The notes under the pieces are model-generated. The model searched no databases. It was not told the DNA's origin and saw nothing but the letters and a program-made list of their open reading frames with translations. Shown piece after piece: positions 63,316 through 64,000 of a DNA stretch of 64,000 bases. Both the position numbers and the translations under genes were made by a program. Position 1 is the stretch's first letter, and each line of letters starts with the position of its first letter. Source of the stretch: Pristiophorus japonicus (Eukaryota); the NCBI RefSeq assembly GCF_044704955.1, contig NC_091997.1:19034001-19098000 (forward strand), in the 5' to 3' direction.

Positions 63316-63619
63316 TGTTGTTTACATTGGTAAGATTTTTGAAAGGTTCAGGGAGGATAAAGGAATTATTATATATTATGATACAAAAGTGTATTTGCAG
63401 CCGACTAAAGATAATACTGGTTGTACATAACTGTGGACAAGTGTACAATAATTTCTAGCACCACCACCCTTGACAAGCAGGTCATTGCAATAGCCAAGAA
63501 TCCCTGCAGATAGAAATAACAGGGCAATCATTGTGTTCAACAAATTAACTCAGTACAGTACTGTGAGTCGTGAACTCTATCACTGGGTCCTTTTGTGGGA
63601 CCTTCATTCTTTTTTTTAC

Positions 63620-63732
63620 CTACAATAGACCCTCCTAGAATCATTAACGAATTGAAAGGCGAATGGCCTGGTCTGGAACCTGAGTTCATATTCAGTAAAT
63701 AAACCATTGAAAGGCGGCCTTTAGTGAACCTT
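63620..63732 (-). CDS. Internal coding exon of unidentified minus-strand host gene (113 bp; RFTKGRLSMVYLLNMNSGSRPGHSPFNSLMILGGSIV)
   Basis: Acceptor ...catttcatgtacaccag| and donor GTAG|gtaaaa. Only one frame is open (starts phase 2, ends phase 1). TE-free context. End phase matches the exon at 27713. Confidence 0.65.
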
Positions 63733-64000
63733 CTGGTGTACATGAAATGGTGTCATTGTTGAAATAATTTGTTTAAAGGCAAATTCAAATCATTTTGGTA
63801 TGCATTCGTTTTCAATTCAGATCTATCTTCCTCAAAGACAATTTGACAGCCTATTCAGATCACTTGATGTAGTTGTCAGGAATAGGGTCCATCTGCTTTT
63901 CTCATGGGGAATGTTGTGTTCCAATCCTCCACCCTTTAGGAAAAAACAATGTAGCCACACAATTAGTCACCGAGCGTGCAGTAGTACACAGACTGTCAAC

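Overview
Vertebrate nuclear DNA, most likely from a cartilaginous fish (shark). This is inferred from the repeat complement: HER1-type CR1 LINEs with (ATAGAAAC)n tails, HE1-like and Deu-domain SINEs, L2 and RTE. Most of the window is decayed, heavily nested transposable elements: CR1 LINEs (one essentially full length), two Gypsy LTR retrotransposons, solo LTRs, two Harbinger-type DNA transposons, many MITEs, Tx1/L1 and RTE 3' fragments, and SINEs. These lie in the introns of a minus-strand host gene. Its exons at 63620-63732, 27419-27713, 11402-11477 and probably 1272-1319 splice in frame to a C-terminal protein segment I cannot name. There is a 440-N assembly gap at 57527-57966. I see no prokaryote-style system (CRISPR, operon, rRNA) and no clear wholly new system. 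The best leads are a Tx1-type LINE inserted into CR1 coding sequence with a clean TSD and no terminal poly(A), GC-rich Harbinger-type MITEs that carry splice donors and recur in CR1 tail microsatellites, and the unidentified host gene. All calls were made by eye, and TE boundaries without TSDs are approximate.
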